Position numbers and translations under genes: made by a program | Notes under the pieces: generated by a model | Told to the model about the DNA's origin: nothing | Databases searched by the model: none | What the model saw: only the letters and a program-made list of their open reading frames with translations | In this document: positions 8,632 through 18,170 of the stretch, piece by piece | Layout: every line of letters begins with the position of its first letter | Numbering within the stretch: the first letter of the stretch is position 1 | From: Verrucomicrobiota bacterium | GTDB taxonomy: Bacteria; Verrucomicrobiota; Verrucomicrobiia; Verrucomicrobiales; DEV007 | Assembly (NCBI GenBank): GCA_045046875.1 | Contig: JASFYY010000070.1 | Coordinates: 1 to 28,516, forward strand | Length of the DNA: 28,516 nt | Direction: 5' to 3'

Positions 8632-11600
8632 ATGCAAGCATCCACACCGCCAGAACCTAGCCCCACACCGACGCGACAAGCGCCGCCGCCTACATACGGG
8701 CATCGTCGCCAGTCCATCTGGCGCAGGATCGTTCGGCGCTTGACCCGCCGTAAGGTATCGCGCACCGAAGAGAGCATGCTGCCGGTGTTGATTCAGGTTT
8801 TTGCCGGTTTCAGCAAAATGGACGGCAGGGTAGATGAAGCCGACATTGATTCAACCCTCGGTTTCCTCCGCTACGATTACCCGGAAACGGTCTATTCCGA
8901 ACTGCGCGAGCTCTACGCCCGCGCACTGCACGAATGGCAGAATCTCGATGAGATCGCCGAACATATCGCTGAGCGCCTCCATTTCGAAGACAAAATCCTG
9001 CTCGGGGTGCAGCTCTATGTATTGATCTCCCGCGCCGATCTACAGAAGGAGCACCTGATCTCTTTTTATCAGTTCATGACCACTCTGGGGGTCGCCTCCG
9101 AAGCCATCGCGCTGGTTTACCAACTTAATACCAGCGACCCCTACGCCCAAATCCCCGACGATTCCGACGGCAGCAGTCAACCGCTGGAAACCCTGATCAT
9201 TGGCCGCAGAAAACCCGCCGACGTGGTGATCCCTTCGATGTCGGAGCATTGCTCACTGGCCGCATTCCGTTTCCAGGAGCTGATTTTATTAAAAAACATC
9301 GGCAACGAGCCGGTCATCGTTCGCGGACGTTACATCCGCCAAGGTGAATTCTGCCGTATCTACGAAGGGCAAGCCATTTTGCTGGCCGAGGTGGTGCTCG
9401 ATTATCACGACATCGTTTTTTATCTCAACGCCAAGAAAAACGTTTCTTCGACCCAGCTTTTTTTGTCGATTGATCACAATAACAAGAGCCATTTCATTGA
9501 GAAATCGCGCTCCAAACTCAGCTATCTGGAAATAAAATTCGGTCTCGACATCACTGTCAAAGTGCTGCGGGACATGGAAGCGTCGATCAATACCGTGCGC
9601 CTGCATGAAGGCATCACGATGGAGGTTAATCTAAATGATAAGATATTCTTCGACGACCTGACGGAAATCGCCGTTTCGGATCTCAGACGCAGGGCGAGAG
9701 AACTCGGCGGACGTTTTGATCTGCTTCCCAATCGTTCCGAATACCTGGTTTCGAACAATCCCAACATGCTGCGCGAAGGGGATATCCTATTGTCCTCGGG
9801 TTCGATCGGCGAATTGTTATTACGCATTCGTTGTGACTACGCCGCAAAGTCAGGCGAACTGGAAATCCTGGCCGCTGATCGCCCGATCATGGTTGGCGAT
9901 GTCCCGGTTCGTGGGTCCACCTATTTGCGCGACGGGGATACCATCGCCATCGGCGAGGGTCAATACCTTCGCTGTCACTTCAGTGACGGAATCATTGAAG
10001 AAGAGCATAACATCATCAGCTCGCTGCAAGCACGGGATCTGTCCCACAGTTACGACAAAAAAACCACCGCTCTCGACAACATCAGCTTTGCGGTTCAACG
10101 CGGCGAAATGATCTGTGTCATGGGGCCCAGCGGTTGCGGCAAAAGCACTTTGCTCAAAACTCTGGCAGGCCAACTGGAACCCAATAACGGCAAGATATTA
10201 CTCAACAGTGTTGACCTCTACGATCACCACTCTGATCTAACTTATTACATATCCTACATCCCCCACGAAGAGGCGCTCGACCCTCTGCTCACGGTAGAGG
10301 AAAACCTCGACACAGCAGCCGCCATCCGCGCGCCTTATTTCACCCGCGCCGAGCGCCGCCGCCGTGCCGATGCCAAAATCGTTGAGCTCGGGCTTAGTGA
10401 AATGCGTCACCGTCTCGCCGGAGACGCCAGCACCAAACACCTTTCCGGCGGACAAAGAAAACGCCTCAACGCCGGCCTCGACATGATCGGCATCTCTGAT
10501 GTTTATCTCTTTGACGAACCAACCTCCGGCCTATCATCCAAAGACTCAGAGCACGTATTGGAAGTCATTCGAGGGCTCACCCATAACAAAATCACTCTGG
10601 TCAGTATCCACCAACCCAGCAGTCGTTTGTTCCACCTTTTTGACAAAGCCCTGCTGCTCGACAATGGCGGCAAGCTGGCTTTTTTCGGCACTCCAGCCCA
10701 AATGCTGACTTACTTCGCCGAAGCCCGCGACCAGGAAGGGGTCGCCCCCAATGCTTTTGCCGAACCCGATGCCAGCATGGCCTCTCTGCATTCGATGGAA
10801 AGCCCTCAAGCTGATCCGCACACCCCTGCCCACGCTGCCCGCCAAATTCCGCTGACCCCCGATTTTATTTTTGATATCCTCGAGACTCCGCTGCGCGATT
10901 TGAGCGGGGACGTCATCTACGAACCCAATGACCGGGGACAGCTCGCCCCGGCACGGCGCTTCAACCCCGACTTCTGGCGTGACCGCTTCCAGACTTACCG
11001 CTTGTTAGCAGAAGTGCACCAGCGCCAAATCGAACCTGATGCTTCGGCGGCCTCCCACGCCCTTACCCCCCCGCGCCGCCCCAAACGCAATATCTCGGAA
11101 GAATGGGTGCATCTTGCCAATCAATTCAAACGCGCTTTCCTGAGCAAATTACGCAACAAAGCCAATCTTGCCACTACCCTGCTCGAAGCTCCTACCTTAG
11201 CTATACTGGTCGCCACAGTGCTGCGTTATTCCGAAGAAGGACACTACAACTTCGCCTCGGCTTTCCACATCCCCACCTACCTCTTTTTGACCCTGGTGAT
11301 CGGCCTCTTCCTCGGCCTGACCAACAGTGCTGAAGAAGTGATCCGTGACCGTATTCTGCTCGAGCGCGAGCGCAATCACGGCATCCGTGTTTCTACTTAC
11401 ATTCTCAGCAAGGTTGCTTCCTTGGGATTTTTTGCCTTGTTACAATGTGTGATCTATCTACTGATCGGCAATGCCATCCTCGGCATCCGCGACATGTTCT
11501 GGCATAATTTATTCTGGATGTTCTCCACCTCATTTGTCGGCATCACCATGGGGCTGTTCATCTCCAGTCTGGTGAAAACCTCAAAAACCGCAGTCAATAT

Positions 11601-12345
11601 CATTCCCTTGATCCTAATCCCCAATATCATCCTCGGTGGAGCCTTGATCAAATACGAAGAAATGAACAGTGGACTGGATGTTTTTCACAGCATCAGTAAA
11701 TGGCTCGGGCCTGAACACGACGAACCCGCTGTTGAGCCTTCAAGCAACTTGCAAGTGCCTGCGATTTGCAATGTCATGCCACTGCGCTGGTCCTACGAAG
11801 CCGTGATTATCGGCCACGCAGAACGCAATCCGGCCAGCGCGCTGATTAATGATATCCAGGACAAACTGGATTTTTTCATGGCCAAAAAAGAGCTTACCCC
11901 CGAAGAAGAAGTGGAACTCGACCAAGCCAAACAAGCCTTGGCCATCGTCTATGGTTTGTCCGCCACCAGCGCCAAAAAGGTGAATAACAAACTGAAACAC
12001 ATCCGACGGGCGCTTAAAGCGGGAACGCTGGATCCCAAAGACTACGCCACTGACCCCAAACTCGCCGCCAGTCATCAACTGGTTTCTGCCGAAGACATTT
12101 ACCTCAATGGCAAAGTGCTCGATTTGTTCAATCGAGCTGAAGTCGAAAAACTCGATTACCGCCAGAACGCCCCACCCAATGTCTTTTTCGGCTCCACCAA
12201 ACGGCTGGCTTTCCCAAGCAGAAGTGGAGAAAAAATCTACACCTTCGACACCCTCAAACTCAACGCCCTGGCCATGGCCGCGTTTGCCCTGATCGGCCTG
12301 ATCTGTTTGCAAATCAGCCTGACTCGACAGCTACGGAAAGTTTGA
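8632..12345 (+). CDS. Fused ABC transporter: TerB-like N-domain, degenerate FHA-like beta domains, ABC ATPase and ABC-2/ABCG-type permease
   Basis: Walker A GPSGCGKS (10123-10146), signature LSGGQ (10441), Walker B YLFDEPTSGL and H-loop IHQP, followed by about six hydrophobic C-terminal helices. The N-terminal FAGFSKMDGRVDEAD resembles TerB/DjlA-N. Confidence 0.85.
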   Translation: MQASTPPEPSPTPTRQAPPPTYGHRRQSIWRRIVRRLTRRKVSRTEESMLPVLIQVFAGFSKMDGRVDEADIDSTLGFLRYDYPETVYSELRELYARALHEWQNLDEIAEHIAERLHFEDKILLGVQLYVLISRADLQKEHLISFYQFMTTLGVASEAIALVYQLNTSDPYAQIPDDSDGSSQPLETLIIGRRKPADVVIPSMSEHCSLAAFRFQELILLKNIGNEPVIVRGRYIRQGEFCRIYEGQAILLAEVVLDYHDIVFYLNAKKNVSSTQLFLSIDHNNKSHFIEKSRSKLSYLEIKFGLDITVKVLRDMEASINTVRLHEGITMEVNLNDKIFFDDLTEIAVSDLRRRARELGGRFDLLPNRSEYLVSNNPNMLREGDILLSSGSIGELLLRIRCDYAAKSGELEILAADRPIMVGDVPVRGSTYLRDGDTIAIGEGQYLRCHFSDGIIEEEHNIISSLQARDLSHSYDKKTTALDNISFAVQRGEMICVMGPSGCGKSTLLKTLAGQLEPNNGKILLNSVDLYDHHSDLTYYISYIPHEEALDPLLTVEENLDTAAAIRAPYFTRAERRRRADAKIVELGLSEMRHRLAGDASTKHLSGGQRKRLNAGLDMIGISDVYLFDEPTSGLSSKDSEHVLEVIRGLTHNKITLVSIHQPSSRLFHLFDKALLLDNGGKLAFFGTPAQMLTYFAEARDQEGVAPNAFAEPDASMASLHSMESPQADPHTPAHAARQIPLTPDFIFDILETPLRDLSGDVIYEPNDRGQLAPARRFNPDFWRDRFQTYRLLAEVHQRQIEPDASAASHALTPPRRPKRNISEEWVHLANQFKRAFLSKLRNKANLATTLLEAPTLAILVATVLRYSEEGHYNFASAFHIPTYLFLTLVIGLFLGLTNSAEEVIRDRILLERERNHGIRVSTYILSKVASLGFFALLQCVIYLLIGNAILGIRDMFWHNLFWMFSTSFVGITMGLFISSLVKTSKTAVNIIPLILIPNIILGGALIKYEEMNSGLDVFHSISKWLGPEHDEPAVEPSSNLQVPAICNVMPLRWSYEAVIIGHAERNPASALINDIQDKLDFFMAKKELTPEEEVELDQAKQALAIVYGLSATSAKKVNNKLKHIRRALKAGTLDPKDYATDPKLAASHQLVSAEDIYLNGKVLDLFNRAEVEKLDYRQNAPPNVFFGSTKRLAFPSRSGEKIYTFDTLKLNALAMAAFALIGLICLQISLTRQLRKV

Positions 12346-12350
12346 AGCTT

Positions 12351-13277
12351 CTACCGTTCACCCCTGCCCGCTTCCATTGTCCGGACAAGTTCGCCTTTCA
12401 TCAGCGCTGATTTTTCAACCTGCAAGGGGGCAGGAGTCACCACCGCGACGCACAATCTGCCCCCGGCGCTTTCACAACGCAGCACTCCCAACCAGCCACC
12501 TTCTTCCAGGGGTAAATTCAACGCCCCATCACGAGCAAAATCCGTTCGCGCCTGCACTTGCTCAAGCACACTGGTCAGTCGCATCGCCGAGTCCACCATC
12601 GCAGGATCTCCACTGCCCCCCCCGTCCAGATCCCGGTGCAAAAGGGTGTATCCCTGGCCATCAACGATCACCAAACGTGAAGCTTCCGCCAAGCCCATCG
12701 CCCACGATGCAAATGCATCAAGCCGGGTTCTCAACGGTCCCTGCGGCACTTCAAAACTCCCGCCGCTCGATTCTCCAGCTTGCCCCGCTGCAAGACTTTG
12801 ATCATCCTTACTCACTTGCCCGTCAGCTATAACCGGAGGAATGGCCGTAACCTGCGAAACCGCAGCCGCTGGCACCAAATGCCGCCGCTTGAGAAAACCG
12901 CTCTCCTCTGCTCGCAAACGAACCGCAGCCAGAGCGCGGGCCGCCCGCAACACCGGACCTTCATCCACTTCATCCGACTCGGCTTTTACTTCCGTTGCGG
13001 CAGTGCCCGACGCCGGTGACGGCTCAGCCACCGGCTCAGGACGATACGAGATCGAGGGCACCTTCTCAGATTTCTCCGGCACAGGATCCGACTGCGATGG
13101 TGAAACCTCAGCAGCAGTAGGAAAAGGCGCCGCGCGATAAGCCGCCGCTTGATTGATATCCAGCCCCTGCTTCGGCAAGCCGATACTGGACACATCCTCC
13201 GCCAAAGAACGCCCGCTTTCAGGCTCACCCGCAAGCTCCGGCTCCGCCGGCAACAAAGCATCAGCCAGACGCTGCAT
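12351..13277 (-). CDS. Hypothetical protein: short N-terminal helix, Pro/Ala/Glu-rich linker and Roadblock/LC7-like C-terminal domain
   Basis: Long ORF directly after parA. The start is uncertain (ATG 13277, or GTG 13328 overlapping the parA end). The C-terminal 125 aa or so show an alpha-beta-beta-alpha-beta-beta-beta-alpha pattern. Confidence 0.65.
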   Translation of the reverse strand: MQRLADALLPAEPELAGEPESGRSLAEDVSSIGLPKQGLDINQAAAYRAAPFPTAAEVSPSQSDPVPEKSEKVPSISYRPEPVAEPSPASGTAATEVKAESDEVDEGPVLRAARALAAVRLRAEESGFLKRRHLVPAAAVSQVTAIPPVIADGQVSKDDQSLAAGQAGESSGGSFEVPQGPLRTRLDAFASWAMGLAEASRLVIVDGQGYTLLHRDLDGGGSGDPAMVDSAMRLTSVLEQVQARTDFARDGALNLPLEEGGWLGVLRCESAGGRLCVAVVTPAPLQVEKSALMKGELVRTMEAGRGER

Positions 13278-13287
13278 CTCGGACTGG

Positions 13288-14106
13288 TCAATCCATGAGT
13301 CGAGTGTATTCGTTTTCTTCTTCTTCACTTTCGAGTCCCAGTTCGTTCTCCATCTCCGCTGCCAATTGATCAAACACCAATGCCGTAGCCGTGGGTTTTT
13401 TATAAAGTAATCCCAAAGGAACTCCCACGCGACTGGCTTTCAAAAAATCAATCGCCCGGGGAATCCGGGTATCGCACATCAGTTGATCCGGCAACAATTC
13501 GCGAATCTCTGCCGCCAGCTCAACGCTGTCGGTTTCGTCCTCCTGCAGCATCGTCAGCAACACACTCGCTCCCGCCTTTTGGCCACGCGCACCCTCCATC
13601 CCCACCACCGCTTTGAGCATCTGCGGAATCGAACGCAAACTGAGCGGCTCCACCTGCTGCGGCAACAAAACATGATCAGCAAAACGAAGCAGCTCACCTG
13701 TGATCCCATACACCCCGGCCGGGGTATCAACGATGGTCAAATCAAACCCCCCACCCTCGATGCGATGAAACAACTCCGTGATACGTCCACGTGAGGAAGA
13801 AAATAAAGTGCCCTCATTCCCCATTCCTTCGTAATACAAGTCCCCACCACCCGCAGGCAGCAAACGATACTCCGGCAAACGAGTAGGCAGAATCAATGAA
13901 TCCACCTCGGCGCCACTGGTCAGCACATCGTAAAAACCACGACTGGTGCGGGCTTTTTCGCTCAAAGACAAACCCACCGAACCCTGCGGATCGGTATCCA
14001 TCAATAGAGTTTTCCAACCACGGCGCGCCAAAGAGTAGGCGAGATTGATCGCCACCGTCGTTTTCCCGACGCCTCCCTTTTGACTAGCAATGACGAGTGT
14101 GATCAC
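13288..14106 (-). CDS. ParA/Soj/MinD family ATPase (orphan; no parB in the window)
   Basis: Deviant Walker A SQKGGVGKTT, plus DTDPQGS and IVDTPAG. GTG start at 14106. Confidence 0.9.
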   Translation of the reverse strand: MITLVIASQKGGVGKTTVAINLAYSLARRGWKTLLMDTDPQGSVGLSLSEKARTSRGFYDVLTSGAEVDSLILPTRLPEYRLLPAGGGDLYYEGMGNEGTLFSSSRGRITELFHRIEGGGFDLTIVDTPAGVYGITGELLRFADHVLLPQQVEPLSLRSIPQMLKAVVGMEGARGQKAGASVLLTMLQEDETDSVELAAEIRELLPDQLMCDTRIPRAIDFLKASRVGVPLGLLYKKPTATALVFDQLAAEMENELGLESEEEENEYTRLMD

Positions 14107-14308
14107 AATAGATAATATTTCAAACCCCGCTTCCGGCAGAGGCTCTATTATATTGACTACAAAACGGGGGAAAACCAGCCCGATTTTTCCGCTCCGGCAG
14201 AAAGCTTTCACTTTTTCGCTACTTTTTATAACGAAAAGGATTGTCGTCGAGCAAGTTTCTTCGTAAACTCATGGGTTCTATCTATTTGCATCTACCGAAA
14301 TTGAAATC

Positions 14309-15829
14309 ATGACGAACCAAAAATCACGCCGTCTCCGCATTGGGCTTGCGATCTTATTGACCACCCTGACCTTGCCCTTGTCATCAAGCTATGGCGACAT
14401 CGTCACCTTGAAAGATGGCAAGAAACTCGAAGGGAAAATCACCATGGAAGCGGCTGATTTCATAAAACTGGAGCTGTCCCGCTCCGGCAGCATCAAGGAA
14501 ACCAAGCTGCTCAAACGCGCTGACATTGCCACCATCGCCAAAACCAAACCGGATGCCTTGGCTTTGTCGAAAATCAAACAAGGCCTGCCCACTCCGTCAT
14601 TGATGACCTCGTCATCTTATCAGAGCATGATCCAAACCGGCCCGGAAGCCTTTCTCACCGCTTACCCGGACAGCTTGCACAAAACCGAAGTCAAAAAGAT
14701 TCTTGAGGAACTGAAAGCTGAAAAAGCCAAAGTAGACCGGGGAGCTATCAAACTTGAAGGTGAATGGATCAGCGCCGAAAGACGCCAAAACTTCAAAACT
14801 TTGATCAACTCACGCGTGCGCCTCTATTCGATGAAACAAAAAGCCGCCCGCCGCAACCCCACTGGCGCCATGCGGGACTTCCAAATCATCGAAGAACAAT
14901 TCAGAGGCACCCCCGCCTACCCCGAGGCCATAAAAGTGGCCGCATCCATCCTGCCCACCTACGGACAACTACTGACCCGCCAACTCAAGGATGTCGAATT
15001 TCTCAACAAAAAGCGCGAAGCCGACATCAAACTGTTGCCCCCTGAAAACCAGGCGCGCACCCAAGCCGCCTACAAAAAAGAACAGGATCGTTTCAAAGCC
15101 CTGGCCGAACAGGAGAAAAAAACCGGCATCAAATGGCGAAGTGTCAATCGACGTAACAAAGACAGCATCGAACCAATGATCGACACCGTCAAAAAGGAAA
15201 TCGGCCACTTGCAAAAAATCGATACCAACAAACTCGCCGCACAAGCGAAACTTCTGGTGCAGGTAGACGAGTTGATCAACGAAAACAAACTCAAAGAAGC
15301 CCAGGAGCAACTGGTCGAAGCCGGTGGAAAAACCTCCACTAGAAGTAGACAATCAACGGGGCGCAAAGGAGGTAAAACAAAATCCACCTACAGCGAAGAC
15401 CTTTCCAAAAAAATCACTTCCAAAATTCAAAGCGCTAAAACCGCCGCTGAAACCGCCACCGTTAATGCCAAAGCCAAGGAGGTTGCCGATACGATCACCG
15501 CAAGCTCTAAGATGGACGATAAAAAAGACGATAAAGCTGTCGCTGAAGAAAAGTCAGCCGAAAGCGCCATGGCCGCAGCCATGGCTGCACGGAAAAAAGC
15601 AGCCGACGCCAAAAAGGAAAAAAATCCCACCGAACCGAGCCCTAAAAAAACCGCAAACACTAAGCAAACGAAAAGACCGGCAACCAGTGCCCCCGCAGCC
15701 AGCAGCGGTGGTGGAATTAATTTTCAATACCTCTTGTTCGGCTTTGTCGCAGTCATGGGCATCGTCATCGTAGTGATGAAAAAAATGGGCATCGGTGGCG
15801 GCGGCAGCGGCGGCGGCGGGGACGAATAA
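14309..15829 (+). CDS. Exported, C-terminally membrane-anchored protein, PTPDL-family-like (Verrucomicrobia)
   Basis: Signal peptide, then DIVTLKDGKKLEGKI, a PTPSL motif, a helical Lys-rich body, a Lys/Ala linker and a C-terminal TM (YLLFGFVAVMGIVIVV-MKK). The family name is recalled, not searched. Confidence 0.7.
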   Translation: MTNQKSRRLRIGLAILLTTLTLPLSSSYGDIVTLKDGKKLEGKITMEAADFIKLELSRSGSIKETKLLKRADIATIAKTKPDALALSKIKQGLPTPSLMTSSSYQSMIQTGPEAFLTAYPDSLHKTEVKKILEELKAEKAKVDRGAIKLEGEWISAERRQNFKTLINSRVRLYSMKQKAARRNPTGAMRDFQIIEEQFRGTPAYPEAIKVAASILPTYGQLLTRQLKDVEFLNKKREADIKLLPPENQARTQAAYKKEQDRFKALAEQEKKTGIKWRSVNRRNKDSIEPMIDTVKKEIGHLQKIDTNKLAAQAKLLVQVDELINENKLKEAQEQLVEAGGKTSTRSRQSTGRKGGKTKSTYSEDLSKKITSKIQSAKTAAETATVNAKAKEVADTITASSKMDDKKDDKAVAEEKSAESAMAAAMAARKKAADAKKEKNPTEPSPKKTANTKQTKRPATSAPAASSGGGINFQYLLFGFVAVMGIVIVVMKKMGIGGGGSGGGGDE

Positions 15830-15933
15830 TTCATTGCCATCTTGTTTTTAGTCACTCTCCCAGTCTCAGCATAAAACCTTGTTGTCGGGCACTGTTGCTA
15901 GTAACAGTGTGCCCACACCTGACTTGATAAACC

Positions 15934-16536
15934 ATGAGCACGCAGCCACGCACCGCCAAGATCCACCGCAAAACCGCCGAAACCGAAATCACCATCTCGC
16001 TCGACCTCGACGGCACCGGCCAATCAAAAATTGAAACCGGCATTGCCTTTCTCGATCACATGCTGACGCTGTTCTCACGCCACAGCCGTATCGACCTGAA
16101 CGTCGATGCCAAAGGTGACATCGAAGTGGACTTTCACCACACCGTCGAAGATACCGGCATCGTACTCGGCCAGTGCATCAAACAAGCCCTCGGTGATAAA
16201 AAAGGAATTTTCCGTTATGGTTCGGCCTTATTGCCAATGGACGAAACCCTGTGCCGGGTCGCACTCGACTTCAGTGGACGCCCCTTTCTCGAATACCGGG
16301 CGCCCGAAAAAGTGGATACCATCGGCAGCGGCTTCCCCTTCACGCTGGTCGAGGAGTTCCTGCGCGGTTTTTCTTTTAATGCGCTGATCAATCTGCACAT
16401 CGAGCTGCTCTACGGCCGCGATGCCCACCACATGGCTGAAGCGATTTTCAAAGGCCTCGCCCGCTCCGTCGATCAGGCGATCCGCATCGATGAGCGCATC
16501 GCCGGAATGATTCCCAGCACCAAGGAAATGCTGTAG
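15934..16536 (+). CDS. hisB: Imidazoleglycerol-phosphate dehydratase
   Basis: Motifs RKTAETEI, FLDHML, DFHHTVED, PMDE and HHMAEAIFK. Confidence 0.96.
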   Translation: MSTQPRTAKIHRKTAETEITISLDLDGTGQSKIETGIAFLDHMLTLFSRHSRIDLNVDAKGDIEVDFHHTVEDTGIVLGQCIKQALGDKKGIFRYGSALLPMDETLCRVALDFSGRPFLEYRAPEKVDTIGSGFPFTLVEEFLRGFSFNALINLHIELLYGRDAHHMAEAIFKGLARSVDQAIRIDERIAGMIPSTKEML

Positions 16537-16568
16537 CTGCTCTGCGGCGACAACCACCAGATCCAAAC

Positions 16569-17189
16569 ATGAGCTTAGAAACCACAGGCATCATTGACTA
16601 CGGCGCGGGCAATTTACTTAGCGTTCACAACGCCCTGAAATCACAAGGCATCCCTGCCCGCATCGTCAGCTCTGCCGATGATTTCACCGGACTGGAGCGA
16701 TTGATCTTCCCCGGCGTGGGTGCTTTTGGTGACAGCCTGCGCCACATCGATGAACAAGGCCTGCGCCAGCCCCTGCTCGATTGGCTGCAAGCGGACAAAC
16801 CTTTCCTCGGCATCTGCATCGGTTACCAAGTGCTGTTCGAGTCCAGTGAAGAAGCTCCCGATGTCAAAGGGCTCGGATTCCTAAAAGGACAAGTGCGGCG
16901 CTTCTCTTCTGATCGACAATTAAAAATCCCCCACATGGGCTGGAATCAAGTGGCCTTCAGTGACCGCGAAGACCCGCTGTGGAAAGGCATGCCCGACGAT
17001 GCCCACTTTTATTTTGTCCACTCCTACTACCCCGCACCCGAGGATCAAAACCTGATCAGTGCCACCACGGAATACGGTGAAAATTTCGCCGCCGGTATCC
17101 GCAAGGGCAATGTCTGCGCCGTCCAGTTTCACCCCGAACGCAGTCAGGAACTCGGACTGCGTTTTTTGAAAAACTTCGTTGAAGCTTAA
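16569..17189 (+). CDS. hisH: Imidazole glycerol phosphate synthase, glutamine amidotransferase subunit
   Basis: Motifs IIDYGAGN, PGVGAF, GICIG, PHMGWN, YFVHSY and QFHPE. Confidence 0.96.
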   Translation: MSLETTGIIDYGAGNLLSVHNALKSQGIPARIVSSADDFTGLERLIFPGVGAFGDSLRHIDEQGLRQPLLDWLQADKPFLGICIGYQVLFESSEEAPDVKGLGFLKGQVRRFSSDRQLKIPHMGWNQVAFSDREDPLWKGMPDDAHFYFVHSYYPAPEDQNLISATTEYGENFAAGIRKGNVCAVQFHPERSQELGLRFLKNFVEA

Positions 17190-17215
17190 AGGGGCTCCAT
17201 CGAGCGACGAAACCT

Positions 17216-18115
17216 CTACCGCTTGAGTTGCTGATTGAAGAAATCGAGCACCATTTTTTCCACCGCTTCGCTCCTAAACAGCTTGCCTCCATGCCCCGCT
17301 CCCTTGACGATGTGAAAAGTCGATTCCACTCCTGCTTTCTCTAACGCCGCATGCAGCTTTTGGGACTGCTCGATCGGCACCCCGGGATCCTCCGATCCAT
17401 GCATGATCAAAAAAGGTGCCGATTGTGCGCTCACCTGATCAAGCGCCGAGGCGTCCTTGGCAAGTTGAGGCACTTTATAGACCGTTTGCCCCAACAGCCT
17501 GGCACCATTTGATTTGGCGACATCTGCTTCACTGCGTCCATCGCCAACTGTATTAGGGGGCATCGTCAGCAACTCCGACGGCCCATACCAATCACAAACC
17601 GCTTGCACCCGGGAGGATATTTTTTCTTTATCCGGATAGAGCCGGGTCCCCATCAGCGCCACCAGATGACCCCCCGCCGAACCACCCCAAACACCGATAT
17701 GACCCGCATCCAGATGGTATCGATCGGCCTGACTGCGCAACCACCTCACCGAAGCGTAACAGTCATTGATTTGTGACGGCCACTGCGCCACATCCAACAG
17801 GCGGTAGTTGATCGACGCTACCGCAAATCCGTGTTGAGCCAGGTAAGCCGCCGGCGTGCGATTTTTAGATCCGGCTTTCCAGCCCCCGCCATGCACCCAG
17901 ATCACCACCGGCAAAGGGCGTTTGCTCTTTTTTTCAGGCAAATACAAATCCAACAACAAAGCTCCACTGTCCGGTCGACTGTATTCCAAATCGCGAATCA
18001 CCCGCACCCCATCCGGCACCATCGCCACCTTTTTGCTTTTCTGCTGAGCAAAAACAGCCAGCGTAGTCAGCAGCCAAATTCCCATCACTGCTTTCCACAA
18101 GCTCAGATGCTTCAT
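17216..18115 (-). CDS. Secreted alpha/beta hydrolase (HSL/BD-FAE-like esterase)
   Basis: Signal peptide, HGGGW oxyanion motif, GGSAGG nucleophile elbow, HGSEDPGVP and GAGHG. The start is 18115 or 18136. Confidence 0.88.
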   Translation of the reverse strand: MKHLSLWKAVMGIWLLTTLAVFAQQKSKKVAMVPDGVRVIRDLEYSRPDSGALLLDLYLPEKKSKRPLPVVIWVHGGGWKAGSKNRTPAAYLAQHGFAVASINYRLLDVAQWPSQINDCYASVRWLRSQADRYHLDAGHIGVWGGSAGGHLVALMGTRLYPDKEKISSRVQAVCDWYGPSELLTMPPNTVGDGRSEADVAKSNGARLLGQTVYKVPQLAKDASALDQVSAQSAPFLIMHGSEDPGVPIEQSQKLHAALEKAGVESTFHIVKGAGHGGKLFRSEAVEKMVLDFFNQQLKR

Positions 18116-18170
18116 ACGTTTATTTTTCAACTTCATCTATGTTCACTCCGTGTTCAGCATTCGACATTTT

